Assembly (NCBI GenBank): GCA_050011875.1 | Contig: JBEKIG010000016.1 | Location: 1 to 64,000, forward strand | Direction of reading: 5' to 3' | DNA: 64,000 bases | From: Nitrososphaeria archaeon | Lineage (GTDB): Archaea > Thermoproteota > Nitrososphaeria > JACIWG01 | In this document: piece after piece, positions 50,035 through 60,775 of the stretch | How positions within the stretch are numbered: position 1 is the first letter of the stretch | How the letters are laid out: every line of letters starts with the position of its first letter | Notes under the pieces: generated by a model | Told to the model about the DNA's origin: nothing | What the model saw: the letters and a program-made list of their open reading frames with translations, nothing else | Database searches by the model: none | Position numbers and translations under genes: made by a program

Positions 50035-50239
50035 GCGATTCAACTACAGTTGAAATAAGATGTTAGATGGATAAACCAGTCCTTCAGTTAGTTCTTTCAT
50101 GGAACGAAAAAATATATCTTAAAATTCATATACTCTAGGGTAATATATAGCACGCTCTGATTTAGATTCGATGATTTTGAATGCTTGCTATCGATTGTAA
50201 GGGTTATATGCGAGGAAATTGAACGCTCTTTGGGTAAAC

Positions 50240-50479
50240 ATGTCTGAAAATAAGAAACTGGTTGTAGATATTCTCAAATGTGAGAAACCCTTGCGTGTGC
50301 CTCCTGAAGTCCAAAAAGAGCTTAAGGGTACAGTTAGCGGCAAGCTGATTGCTGCTATGAAGAAAGAAAAGATCTGTTGTCCAATAGAAAACGTGGAGAA
50401 ACCATTTCTTATCTGCTTTACATGCAAGAACTTCCATAGCAGAGTTAAAGGGAAGGTCTACTGCTCTGGCTTAAAATAA
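50240..50479 (+). CDS. Small conserved-looking Zn-binding hypothetical protein
   Basis: CP......FLICFTCKNF.SRVKGKVYC pattern. Confidence 0.65.
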   Translation: MSENKKLVVDILKCEKPLRVPPEVQKELKGTVSGKLIAAMKKEKICCPIENVEKPFLICFTCKNFHSRVKGKVYCSGLK

Positions 50480-50943
50480 GCAAATTCTTCATTCCATTTC
50501 CTACACATGTAATAGCATATCCTCCAGAAACCTATTGCCGGAGGTTTGTTAGGTATATCAAATATCTGTATCTGGTACACCTTTAGCGTCCTCTTTAATC
50601 TATCATCCCATACTGGAGCGTTTCTCTGAAGAAAACCAAGTCTAACAAGGTTCTTGATTATTGTTCCATATAGATTTCGTCTACTATATTTAAAAGGAGT
50701 ATTGTTGTAAAGTAGTTCCTTGCCCTCTAACCTCTTAGTAAAGTTGTTCAATGAGTTCTTTGTCGCCCGACCTTTGTTTTCTTTCATCCAATCAAGCAAC
50801 AGTTTTGCGGCTACCCTAGTCTTTCTATTCGGAAAAAGGATTTCTAGAGCACTCTTTGAGTTAATGACGCTCTCTTCGGAAAGATTCAGTCTCATTATAT
50901 ACACTATTTCCTTTTGACACAAAATAAATGTTTCCCTTGTCAA
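50458..50943 (-). CDS. Hypothetical protein (winged-helix-like)
   Basis: Coupled to the GTPase stop; YSRRNLY..IIKNLVRLGFL; may start at MRLNL. Confidence 0.65.
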   Translation of the reverse strand: MTRETFILCQKEIVYIMRLNLSEESVINSKSALEILFPNRKTRVAAKLLLDWMKENKGRATKNSLNNFTKRLEGKELLYNNTPFKYSRRNLYGTIIKNLVRLGFLQRNAPVWDDRLKRTLKVYQIQIFDIPNKPPAIGFWRICYYMCRKWNEEFAYFKPEQ

Positions 50944-52520
50944 CTGTAGGTTTTTAGAACTGCTCCTATCCCCCTCGTTCTTCCCTCCCTGAATACAAAC
51001 GTCTGGTCCTTTTCCAGATATTCTGGTCTAATTAAAAATTCGAACATAGCGTCGGCGATATCTCCTGTTCTTAGCACCTCTTTGCTCATTTGAATTATCC
51101 TCGCAGTCTGTCTTATCGTATGTGAGTGTATAACAGGTGTGTACCCGACCTTCACCGTTGTCGGATGATGCAAAATTTTTACTGACGCCTCAAAACGACT
51201 CACGGGTCTTGGTACCACTCTTTTGTCAAGTAAGACCATTCCCTTTCTTATCTGACCAAACGTAATTTCAGGTACTGCAAATGTCGCACTTTGCCCTGCA
51301 AAAGCTCTGTTAACAAAAACCCTGTTGATCTGAATTCCCTTTATCTTCACCTTTTTGAACGGCTCTTTGATATCTTCAAAAGGCCCAATAAACGCCTCAT
51401 CTTCCACAGAAACCGTCCCTTCATCTATGAGTCCGCTAACTATAGAACCTACTCCCGTTACGTTGAAAATTTCATCAACATAAAGTTTGAAGGGTTGTCC
51501 TGTACTTTCAACCCAATTTATCCTAGGGGGGATTATATTTAAGAATTCTTTCAGTTCTTGAAGGCCGTTGCCTTTGATATTTGAGACAGAAAAAATAGGG
51601 ACGATACGCCCGCTTTTAATATGCCTTGCTGCAAGCACAATATCATCCCTTGTTTTCACATTGAAAGGTATTCGATTTATTCCAGGAAGCTTAAGCACTT
51701 TAACTATTTCATCAAGTGTTTCTTTGGTTTTCCTTTCAGGGGCTAAGTCTATCTTTGTCAGACAAATTATAACAGGAATTTTGAGTGCAAGTGATAGTCC
51801 AAGGTGTTCTTTAAAAGTTCCGACTATACCCGAATTTGCCGCAACGATTATGAATGCGTAATCTGGTAGACTTCCTAGAATTCCTCTAAGAGTTGTTTTA
51901 AGATATTTCTCGTGACCCGCTAGGTCTACTAAATTTATTACCTTCGAAGACTTAAGGTAAATTTCACTTTCGTTATAGTTTAATAAAATCGAGTTAACAT
52001 CTTTACCTTGAAGATCGAACCCCAATATATGAGTATTTACGGCAGAGGTTCTCCTCATCTTTATTTCATGCATGTATCTAACCACCTTACTCATGGCAAG
52101 ACCGTTGCCGTCGTCTAGCATATTGTAAACAAGAGTGCCTTTAATTGTCGATTTTCCAGCGTCAGCATTTCCTAACAGTACAACCGATATTGAAATAGGT
52201 AAGGTTTCAACAACTCTTCTGATAAGAAGTTCGTAGACTTTACCTTTCCTTCCATCGACTGATCTTATGACCCTATATGATACGTTTATCGCTCTACATA
52301 TTTTATCAAAGTTTTTAAAAGATGTTTCAGTTTCCGACTGATCCAGTCCCAAGAGTTCACCATCATCCGTTACACCAAGCTCGTAGAACGCTTCACCTCC
52401 GCCTTCGTTTAATCTATAGTTTAGTTGTGTAGCTAATTCGTTTATTCTATCTTTATCGACTGACGTAAGTTTTAGTTTATACTCGATATTTCCGTCTCCG
52501 TTCTCAGATCCAAGAAGCAT
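50940..52520 (-). CDS. GTPBP1-like translational GTPase
   Basis: GNIEYKLKL N-domain, GNADAGKST, DLAGHEKYLKT, TKID, ILHHPTT, FREGRTRGIG. Confidence 0.92.
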   Translation of the reverse strand: MLLGSENGDGNIEYKLKLTSVDKDRINELATQLNYRLNEGGGEAFYELGVTDDGELLGLDQSETETSFKNFDKICRAINVSYRVIRSVDGRKGKVYELLIRRVVETLPISISVVLLGNADAGKSTIKGTLVYNMLDDGNGLAMSKVVRYMHEIKMRRTSAVNTHILGFDLQGKDVNSILLNYNESEIYLKSSKVINLVDLAGHEKYLKTTLRGILGSLPDYAFIIVAANSGIVGTFKEHLGLSLALKIPVIICLTKIDLAPERKTKETLDEIVKVLKLPGINRIPFNVKTRDDIVLAARHIKSGRIVPIFSVSNIKGNGLQELKEFLNIIPPRINWVESTGQPFKLYVDEIFNVTGVGSIVSGLIDEGTVSVEDEAFIGPFEDIKEPFKKVKIKGIQINRVFVNRAFAGQSATFAVPEITFGQIRKGMVLLDKRVVPRPVSRFEASVKILHHPTTVKVGYTPVIHSHTIRQTARIIQMSKEVLRTGDIADAMFEFLIRPEYLEKDQTFVFREGRTRGIGAVLKTYS

Positions 52521-52560
52521 TGATCGTAAACTGTATTATCTATGTGCTAATAAGTCTTTA

Positions 52561-53607
52561 TTACCTTCTAGAATAAGCTAGGAATACCATTCCACCAATG
52601 AGTGCTTCAAACCACATCATAACAAGTCTTATCATAACAGTTGCTGCAACGCTCAGGCTTAGAGGTATGCCTGAAACTACATAGAGACCAAACATCACCG
52701 TTTCCACGATGCCGACCATTCCTGGTATCCCCACTGGAACCATCTGAATCGAAATTCCTATAGTATATACCGCGATGATGATGCCTAAAGGTACTGGGAA
52801 ATTCAGTGAAGTAAACACTAAATATGCTACAGCGATATCGAAGAACCAATACACAAATGCAAATAAAATTGAGAGCAACAAAAGTAGCTTTCTATTTTTT
52901 AATATCTTTAGAGAAGCTTCGAATTCGGTGAAGCCTTTGGTTGCAAGCTCAGTAAGCTTCAACGGATTACTTCTTTTCTTAAGGAAGGCCCTGTCCAGAA
53001 ATCTGGTTATCCTTAAAGCTATACCCTTTGAAATCTCCGGCTTTACAGAAAAAAGTAATAATATTATAAGAGTTAAAACCAACGCAGAAGAAATCAGTAT
53101 CAATATACTTGACAAATAAGTGGGAAGATTATAGAAAATGACGAGATACGTAAAACCGAAAACGGAACCAACTATAAAAGGAAAGAAGTTAATAACCCTA
53201 TGAAGGAATACAGTAGCAGAGACATTGCCGTAACTATCTTTGGTTTCGTTAACAACGTACATTACCCTCACTACTTCACCTGCGACTGAAGCCGTTGGAA
53301 CCATTATGTTGAAAAAGACACTTATCCAAGTGCTTTCAATTGCTTTGAAAACGTTCAATCTTATACCTGCTGACCTTAACAGAAAGATCCATGAAGACCC
53401 ATAAGCGAAGACACCCAGGACCATGGACAAAAAGGCTAATGAATAAAACATCTTATTTGCGAGTGAAATGTACCCTAATACGCTTTTGAAGTCAGAAAAT
53501 GATATAAACAAAACGAGGGCAGAGATCCCGATCACAAGGAAGACGAGTTGCCTCTTCTGAAAGACCTTCTCCACCTTCCTTGGACCTGCGTTAACATCAT
53601 AATTCAT
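52561..53607 (-). CDS. Lysylphosphatidylglycerol synthase TM/flippase-like (UPF0104) protein
   Basis: PTASVAGEVVR, PGMVGIVE, multi-TM. Confidence 0.85.
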   Translation of the reverse strand: MNYDVNAGPRKVEKVFQKRQLVFLVIGISALVLFISFSDFKSVLGYISLANKMFYSLAFLSMVLGVFAYGSSWIFLLRSAGIRLNVFKAIESTWISVFFNIMVPTASVAGEVVRVMYVVNETKDSYGNVSATVFLHRVINFFPFIVGSVFGFTYLVIFYNLPTYLSSILILISSALVLTLIILLLFSVKPEISKGIALRITRFLDRAFLKKRSNPLKLTELATKGFTEFEASLKILKNRKLLLLLSILFAFVYWFFDIAVAYLVFTSLNFPVPLGIIIAVYTIGISIQMVPVGIPGMVGIVETVMFGLYVVSGIPLSLSVAATVMIRLVMMWFEALIGGMVFLAYSRR

Positions 53608-53760
53608 TTCTGATCAAAGACTCCCTTGCACTATGTTGATAGCTTGCAGTAGTGAACTTCAATTTTTTATCTATTTCTATTTTCATTGCAAAAGGTTTGG
53701 ATCGGAATGTATCAAAAATAAATTGTTAAATAAGTATTTTCTCGTACAAAAACGTTCAGA

Positions 53761-54558
53761 ATGAGTTTAAAGATAGTTGTCCTCATAAAGCAAGTTCCAG
53801 ATATTGCTAAAGTGAAATTCGACGTCGAAAAAGGGCGTATAGATAGAAGCTCTGCAGAAGCAGAAATAAACCCCTTTGATCTGAACGCTTTAGAGGCAGC
53901 TGTCCAGGTTAAGGAAAAGGTTGGTGGAAGAATTACGGCTATAAGCATGGGCCCCCCATCGGCGGCTACAGCATTAAAGGAGGCCATATCGCGGGGGGCT
54001 GATGACGCGATACATCTTGAGGATGTAAAGTTCGCTGGGGCCGACACATTTGCTACATCATACACTCTAGCAAGAGCGGTAGTGAAGATGGGTAAGCCTG
54101 ACCTGATTTTTTGTGGAGAAAAGACCGTTGACGGCGATACGGGGCAGGTCGGAGCTGAGGTAGCAGAACAGCTTAATATACCGCACGTCTATTACGTCTC
54201 GAACATTAAAGAAATTTCAGATGACAAAATCACTTTAGTTACAGAAATGGAGGATGCATCATATTTTGTTGAATCATCTTATCCTGTATTGATTAGCGTC
54301 ACAAAAGATGTTAACAAGCCTAGGCTTCCGACGCTTAAAGAAAAGCTCAAAGTAATGAGAACGAACATACCGATTTGGGACGCAGATTATCTATCAGATG
54401 TAATAAAGTTAAACCAGATAGGCTACTTAGGTTCGCCTACGTCGGTTAACAAAATTGTAATACCGAAGGATAAAAGTAGAGAAGGAAAGGTCTTCAAAGA
54501 TGCTGGAGAGGCGATTCCGGTTATTCTAGAAGCTCTTGAAAAAGAAAAGGTGATCTGA
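53761..54558 (+). CDS. etfB: Electron transfer flavoprotein beta subunit
   Basis: KQVPD, INPFD..ALE, SMGP, GADTFATS, DGDTGQVG, GSPT.V. Confidence 0.95.
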   Translation: MSLKIVVLIKQVPDIAKVKFDVEKGRIDRSSAEAEINPFDLNALEAAVQVKEKVGGRITAISMGPPSAATALKEAISRGADDAIHLEDVKFAGADTFATSYTLARAVVKMGKPDLIFCGEKTVDGDTGQVGAEVAEQLNIPHVYYVSNIKEISDDKITLVTEMEDASYFVESSYPVLISVTKDVNKPRLPTLKEKLKVMRTNIPIWDADYLSDVIKLNQIGYLGSPTSVNKIVIPKDKSREGKVFKDAGEAIPVILEALEKEKVI

Positions 54559-55571
54559 TGATTAATGAACCAACGATGGATGTACACAGGAAGGTGATGG
54601 TCTTTGCTGAACAAAGGGGGGGAGAAATTCACCCCATTTCATTCGAGATTCTAGGAAAGGGACGGGAAATTGCTGATAAGCTAGGCGCTGAACTCTCAAG
54701 CGTAATTTTAGGTGACCAGATCAGCCGCAAAACGGCTATGGAACTTATCTACTATGGTGCAGATAAAGTCTTCCTATATAGCCACCCGATCTTTAAAGTC
54801 CCAGATGTAATCCAGTACAAACACAATATTACTAGACTTGTTGAAGAAGAGAAGCCTGAGATATTCTTGTTCGGCGCGACACATTTTGGTAGATCACTTG
54901 GACCGAGAGTCGCAGCGGCAATAAAGACCGGGCTGACGGCTGATTGCATAGATCTGAAAATAGATGAAAATGGTGATCTCATCCAGATTCGCCCTGCGTT
55001 TACAGGAAACATACTAGCCCATATTAAAACGAAGACTAGACCTATCATGTCGACTGTCAGATACAAAGTTATGCAAATGAATGAGAGAAACATAATGAGA
55101 AAAGGTGTTATAATCGAAAAAAATGCAGAAGTCTCAGGTTTAGCTAGTCCGATTTTTGTAGGCAAAGAGAAAGGAACAGGTCTTAACATTGCTGATGCTA
55201 AAATAATAGTCTCTGGGGGAAGAGGTTTGGGTAGACCCGAAGGATTTAAACTCGTTAAAGAACTCGCCGATTTACTTGGAGGAAAAGTAGGTTCTAGTAG
55301 AACACCTGTTGACGAAGGATGGATAGGAAAAGAACATCAGGTCGGCTTCAGCGGCAACACCGTTAAACCAAAACTGTACATTGCTTGCGGTATATCTGGT
55401 TCACCCCAGCATTTGGCTGGAATGAGAGATTCTGAAATCATAATAGCGATAAACACAGACCCGTCAGCTCCAATATTCAAATATGCAGACTACGCAATCG
55501 TAGGAGACCTTTACCAGGTGCTGCCTCAGATAATTAAAGAATTAAAAACAAGAAAAGTGAATCTAAATTGA
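54558..55571 (+). CDS. etfA: Electron transfer flavoprotein alpha subunit
   Basis: GLTADC, RPAF.GN, SGGRG, QVGFSG, GISGSPQH..GM, AINTD..APIF. Confidence 0.95.
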   Translation: MINEPTMDVHRKVMVFAEQRGGEIHPISFEILGKGREIADKLGAELSSVILGDQISRKTAMELIYYGADKVFLYSHPIFKVPDVIQYKHNITRLVEEEKPEIFLFGATHFGRSLGPRVAAAIKTGLTADCIDLKIDENGDLIQIRPAFTGNILAHIKTKTRPIMSTVRYKVMQMNERNIMRKGVIIEKNAEVSGLASPIFVGKEKGTGLNIADAKIIVSGGRGLGRPEGFKLVKELADLLGGKVGSSRTPVDEGWIGKEHQVGFSGNTVKPKLYIACGISGSPQHLAGMRDSEIIIAINTDPSAPIFKYADYAIVGDLYQVLPQIIKELKTRKVNLN

Positions 55572-56929
55572 TGGATAACATCTCAGAAAATCTTGAAAAG
55601 ATAGTTGGAAGAGAACTTGTAGTAACAAAGAGGGAACAGATGGAAAGCTATCTATCCGACGAGACAAGCAATCCTGTAAAACCTAGTTCTTCCTCAAATT
55701 GTATACTCGTTAAACCCCTAAGAACTGACCAGATATCCCGGATCTTGGAGCTTGCAAATGAAAAAAAAATACCGGTTTATCCTCGGGGAGGAGGAACAGG
55801 ATTAGTGGGAGGAGCTATACCGACTAGAGACGGTATAATTATTTCGTTGGAGAAAATGGATAAAATAGAAGTTGATAAGGAAAACATGATGGCGGTTTCC
55901 GAAGCAGGTGCTACACTGGGCAAGCTGCTTAATGCGGCTGAGGAAGCCGGGCTATCATTTCCACCTCATCCCGGAGATGAGAGCGCACAGATAGGAGGAC
56001 TTGTCGTATGTAACGCAGGAGGATCCAGAGCAGTCAAACACGGTGTCATGAGGAACTTTGTAAAAGGATTGGAAATGGTCTTGCCAACTGGAGAAATAGT
56101 TAATTTCGGCGGTAAACTTCTCAAAGACAATATGGGATACAGCCTAATGCATCTAATAATAGGGAGCGAAGGAACACTGGGTGTTGTAACAAAAGCCGTC
56201 ATCAAGCTCACTCCCAAACCGGAGCGCACGCTTACACTTCTACTTCCTTTTAATTCAAGACATGAGGCACTTAGCACTGTCCCAAAGATCTTGTACAGTG
56301 GAATAGTTCCGTTGGCTCTCGAATACGTTGAGAAGGAGGTTATGGAAATATCTGCAACCCATTTAGGCGAAAAGTGGAACGTGGAAGGAAAGGTCTTTCT
56401 TTTAGCGATTTTAGCAGGAAGCGAGAATGAGGTTTTTAGCGATGCAGAAAAAATGTCCCATATCTGTATTGAGAATAATGGACTTGAGCCTTCACTCGCT
56501 GAAAGGCGGGACGAACAAGAGTCAATTCTGAAGATAAGAAGCAATATTTACACGGCACTCAAATCAGATTACGTAGACATCATGGATACTACAGTGCCTC
56601 CATCAAACATTGGAAAGCTTGCTGACATTATAGACGGAGTCGCTGAAAAATATTCCGCATACATTCCCGTATACGGTCATGCTGCAGATGGAAACGTTCA
56701 CTCGCACGTGATGAAAAAAGATTTTGACAAATACGAGAAGATTAAAGGCGAAATATATCAGGCAGCTGTTGATTTGGGTGGAGTTATTACTGGAGAACAT
56801 GGAATAGGAAAGATTAGGGTTAAGGAGCTTAAAAAATTCACCTCATCCAAAAATATCGAGTTGATGAGAGGAATAAAGGAAATCTTCGACCCAAACAAAA
56901 TCATGAACCCTTCAACAGTGCTAGATTAA
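55568..56929 (+). CDS. FAD-linked 2-hydroxyacid dehydrogenase (GlcD/LctD-like)
   Basis: PRGGGTGLVGG, NAGG.RAVKHG, GSEGTLG, GHAADGNVH, GEHGIG, DP..IMNP. Confidence 0.92.
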   Translation: MMDNISENLEKIVGRELVVTKREQMESYLSDETSNPVKPSSSSNCILVKPLRTDQISRILELANEKKIPVYPRGGGTGLVGGAIPTRDGIIISLEKMDKIEVDKENMMAVSEAGATLGKLLNAAEEAGLSFPPHPGDESAQIGGLVVCNAGGSRAVKHGVMRNFVKGLEMVLPTGEIVNFGGKLLKDNMGYSLMHLIIGSEGTLGVVTKAVIKLTPKPERTLTLLLPFNSRHEALSTVPKILYSGIVPLALEYVEKEVMEISATHLGEKWNVEGKVFLLAILAGSENEVFSDAEKMSHICIENNGLEPSLAERRDEQESILKIRSNIYTALKSDYVDIMDTTVPPSNIGKLADIIDGVAEKYSAYIPVYGHAADGNVHSHVMKKDFDKYEKIKGEIYQAAVDLGGVITGEHGIGKIRVKELKKFTSSKNIELMRGIKEIFDPNKIMNPSTVLD

Positions 56930-57067
56930 GAACTTAAGGTTCATAATTTAAAAAAGACTGAATATTACATCTTTATTTATTTTGACCTTAATATACGACG
57001 CATGAACCATAATGATCTCTAGAAAAGACTATATGACTGTACAAAATGGAACAATGAGGCTGTAACT

Positions 57068-57709
57068 TTGGCGCTTTTAGAAGATCTTATAAACTTTCTG
57101 ATTCATCTGGACCAAAGTTTGGCATTTTTAATTCAACAATTTGGTCTCTGGACTTATGCGATACTTTTTTTAGCTATATTTGGTGAGACAGGGCTAGTTG
57201 TAACCCCTTTTTTTCCTGGTGATTCCCTTCTATTTGTGTCAGGAACTTTTGCTTCAAAAGGCTCACTCAACGTCGAAGCTCTTTTTGGACTTCTCGCTCT
57301 TGCAGCAATAATGGGGGACACGGTAAATTACTGGATTGGGTATATTGTTGGTCCAAAAATATTTCGTAAAGAGAACAGCCGCTTTCTGAAAAAAGAGTAT
57401 CTAGAAAGAGCGCGTGATTTTTATCAAAAATATGGAGCGAAAACGATTATTATAGCAAGATTTGTTCCCATCATTCGAACCTTTGCACCCTTTGTGGCTG
57501 GCGTGGGTAAAATGAGTTATAGGAGATTTCTCATGTACAATATAGTAGGAGGTGTTTCCTGGGTCGCTATTTTTATTTTTAGCGGTTACTTTTTAGGAGG
57601 CTTCCAGATTGTAAAGAATAACCTATCCTTATTGATCTATGTCATTATCATAGTTTCTCTGATACCAACTTTTGTCGAAATATTGAGACACAGAGCTAAA
57701 CGAATCTGA
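57068..57709 (+). CDS. dedA: DedA family membrane protein
   Basis: ETGLVVTPFFPGDSLLF, GDTVNYWIG, ARFVPIIRTFAP..AG. Confidence 0.93.
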   Translation: MALLEDLINFLIHLDQSLAFLIQQFGLWTYAILFLAIFGETGLVVTPFFPGDSLLFVSGTFASKGSLNVEALFGLLALAAIMGDTVNYWIGYIVGPKIFRKENSRFLKKEYLERARDFYQKYGAKTIIIARFVPIIRTFAPFVAGVGKMSYRRFLMYNIVGGVSWVAIFIFSGYFLGGFQIVKNNLSLLIYVIIIVSLIPTFVEILRHRAKRI

Positions 57710-57931
57710 ATAACATTTGACATCGTTTTTAATATTTATCTAAGAGTGAGCGTTCATGTTTTAACGGAGTTTAGTTCTACACAATTTTCTAACTTTGTAT
57801 CTTAATGAGTTTTGCCCTCTTTTCTTTAGAGACAGATTTATATATATTATCTAAAAAAAACATTTAGAGAATATATGGAACTTTAAACTAAATGAAAAGC
57901 ATTTTATAGTTATCTAAATTCACTTAAAATA

Positions 57932-59953
57932 ATGATTAAAGAAGCGTTCGATATTTTTAGTAAAGAATATTCCGGAGAAAGAGCGAAACAAGTTATTTGC
58001 CAAGTTGTTAATTTCCACAGAATCCAAGCAAGTCCGGGGTATAGGGCTGCAGTCGAATGCGTCAGAGGCATGCTTTCTGAGGCAGGATTAGATTCCGAGG
58101 TACTAGTTTACCCTGCAAAAGAAGGAATATCATTTTGGAATTATTCATCTTTTCAAGAGTGCTCTATAAATGATGCCAAGCTGTTCCTCATAACAAATGA
58201 TGGCGAGGAGAAGATCGCAGATTACGGCGACAGCAAGCTTAGCGTTATACAGCGCAGCATTTCCACACCCCCTGAGGGTATTGAAGCAGATCTTATCATA
58301 CTTGAAAAAGGGGAAACCGAAGATGAATACAAAAAAAATAAGGTGGAAGGAAAGGTTGTTTTCACATCCGGTGATGTAAGCAGTGTCTACTCTCTAGCTG
58401 TGGAGAAATTTGGTGCGGTTGGAATATTGACGGATAGGTTAATGGAATGGCCTCCTGTCAGAGAGAAAATAGACCTGCCTGACGCATTACAGTATACAAG
58501 CTTTTGGTGGTATCCGAAGGACAAAAAATGCTTCGGTTTTGTAGTCTCTCCTCGAATAGGGATGAAAATTAGAGCACAAGCTAAGAAAGGACCTTTGAAA
58601 GTCAAGGCCTATGTATCAGGAAGCCTCTACGACGGTGCTATTGAAGTTGTTTCAGCAAAGATTCCAGGAGAAACCGATAAAGAAATACTTTTGACAGCAC
58701 ACTTATGCCACCCTCAGTCATTTGCCAACGACAACGCTTCAGGTGTTGGCGCACTAGTTGAGGCAGCCAGAATCTTGATTAGACTGATTAAAGACGAAAA
58801 AATAAGTAGGCCAAAGAGAACTATACGTTTCCTTTTCGTACCTGAGATGATAGGCACGCTTGCATTCCTTTCAAGCAAGGAGAAGGAACTTGGAAATTTC
58901 ATGGCCGGAATAAACTTAGATATGGTAGGAGAAGACCAGAAAAAATGCCAGAGCATCTTGATGGTCGACAGCACTCCTTACTCATTGCCAACCTTTGTTA
59001 ATGCCTACATAAAGTACATCTTTGAGTTCCTTCCCAAAAAAATCAGGACTCTAACGGGCTCAGAAAATATATCAGATTTTAGATATGAATTTGTGAAATT
59101 CTCTGGCGGCAGCGACCATGAAATTCTGTCCGATCCCAGTGTCGGTGTACCAACACCTTCTCTTACAAACTGGCCGGATAAATACTATCACACTTCAGAA
59201 GATACGCTAGAAAAAGTGAGCACTGACACGTTATGGAACATCGGAGTAGTAGCTACAACATTCGCATATACTATGGCGAACCTTGATCGTTCTGATTTCA
59301 ATCTACAGGCTATTTTGACCCAGAGATATTGCGAAGAAAAAATTGAACACATTTATAATCAAATAATTTTTGCAATATCCAACACGAACAAGAGCGACTT
59401 CAAGAAAAAAGTAGGTCAGCAAATGAGGAGATGGAGTATCAACAAAGAGTTTTGGAACATTTGGTTAACCCAAGCTATATTAGACTTAAAGAGATTTGAT
59501 GAATTCGGTGACTTTGAGAAGATGGTGCCTTTTTATGGCAGCAAATTTAGAGCGTTTACAGATGTTAAACATTCTTTGCTCGAAGATTATATTACAGAAC
59601 AGGGCAAGAAATTCGGTGTTCCTAAAGCAGTGCGGAAGAAAAAAACGATAACCGAATTAGAGCGTAAAGCCTCTAAGATGTTTCCTTTAAGGATTAAACC
59701 TGGACCGATTGACATCAGATCAAGGGTTTATCTTCTCAGCGAGAAAGAAAAAAAGAAACTGAACGAACTCGATATGAGACCACATTCAAGGCTACTGCCG
59801 AAACTTGCACTCTACTGGGCTGATGGAAAGAGGAGCATAAGCGAAATAGCTGAAAAAATTGAATTAGAAATGGATCGATGCAACCTACAACGTTTAATCG
59901 ATTGGTTCCTCATTTTTGAAAAGATTGAATTTGTAAGAATTCAATCGACCTAA
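57932..59953 (+). CDS. DUF4910/M28-type aminopeptidase-like protein with C-terminal wHTH
   Basis: AHLCHP..ANDNASG, VPEMIG, NLDMVG, GSDH, YYHTS.D, DGKRSISEI. Confidence 0.85.
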   Translation: MIKEAFDIFSKEYSGERAKQVICQVVNFHRIQASPGYRAAVECVRGMLSEAGLDSEVLVYPAKEGISFWNYSSFQECSINDAKLFLITNDGEEKIADYGDSKLSVIQRSISTPPEGIEADLIILEKGETEDEYKKNKVEGKVVFTSGDVSSVYSLAVEKFGAVGILTDRLMEWPPVREKIDLPDALQYTSFWWYPKDKKCFGFVVSPRIGMKIRAQAKKGPLKVKAYVSGSLYDGAIEVVSAKIPGETDKEILLTAHLCHPQSFANDNASGVGALVEAARILIRLIKDEKISRPKRTIRFLFVPEMIGTLAFLSSKEKELGNFMAGINLDMVGEDQKKCQSILMVDSTPYSLPTFVNAYIKYIFEFLPKKIRTLTGSENISDFRYEFVKFSGGSDHEILSDPSVGVPTPSLTNWPDKYYHTSEDTLEKVSTDTLWNIGVVATTFAYTMANLDRSDFNLQAILTQRYCEEKIEHIYNQIIFAISNTNKSDFKKKVGQQMRRWSINKEFWNIWLTQAILDLKRFDEFGDFEKMVPFYGSKFRAFTDVKHSLLEDYITEQGKKFGVPKAVRKKKTITELERKASKMFPLRIKPGPIDIRSRVYLLSEKEKKKLNELDMRPHSRLLPKLALYWADGKRSISEIAEKIELEMDRCNLQRLIDWFLIFEKIEFVRIQST

Positions 59954-59991
59954 ATTTAAAGCTCTCTTAAAAGAAGTAATTGGAACTTGAG

Positions 59992-60705
59992 TCACTTAGA
60001 TAACACTGAAAATACGGGTGCATCAATCTTCAACTCATTCTTCAGTCGCGTCATAACTTTATCCACCTCTATGACAGAGAATACACCGGCGAGAGTCGCT
60101 CCACTTTTACTAACGATATTTAAGAGGGCTTTAATAGTGTTCCCACTCCGAATCAGATCATCCACAACTAAAATGTAATCATTCCTTTTTAGGCTAACCT
60201 TTGGAACATAAAGTGATCTTATAACGGGTGGAACAAATGAATAGCGTTCCTCATAATATTTTTCCACACCAACTTGTCTATCCTTCCTTGCGATAATGAC
60301 GTCAACACCAAATTCGCTTCCGATTTGAATTGCGATTGGAATACCGTTAGTTTCAACAGTCAATATTTTTGTGACCGTTACATCTTTGAAGTAATTTAAA
60401 GCATGTTTTGATATAACCTTCTGTAAAATAGTATTGTAGGTGAGCGACGAGACATCTATTACACCCTCGTTGCTTACGTATATTTCCTGTCTTAGTGTCT
60501 TTTTAAAATAATTCTCTTCATACCATTCTATGATCTCTTCTGCTCTATCCAAGTTTGGCAGAACATGCCCCTTTACATATCTGCTAATAACGGGGGTTGG
60601 AAGATGAAGTTCCTTAGAAAGCTCCTTATAGGTCAAGTGCTTCTTTATTTCATGCAGAATCTCAATTGCATAAATCTTAATTTTGACCTCAGACAGTTTA
60701 TTCAT
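59992..60705 (-). CDS. HTH-phosphoribosyltransferase (PurR-like archaeal regulator/PRTase)
   Basis: TYKELS..L...VISRYVKGHVLP HTH; LVVDDLIRSGNT PRPP loop. Confidence 0.85.
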   Translation of the reverse strand: MNKLSEVKIKIYAIEILHEIKKHLTYKELSKELHLPTPVISRYVKGHVLPNLDRAEEIIEWYEENYFKKTLRQEIYVSNEGVIDVSSLTYNTILQKVISKHALNYFKDVTVTKILTVETNGIPIAIQIGSEFGVDVIIARKDRQVGVEKYYEERYSFVPPVIRSLYVPKVSLKRNDYILVVDDLIRSGNTIKALLNIVSKSGATLAGVFSVIEVDKVMTRLKNELKIDAPVFSVLSK

Positions 60706-60775
60706 GTAGCACTACAGTATGACCTGTAGAAGTATTAATTTATTAAGTTAATCGCAGATCAAAGTTATCAAGATT

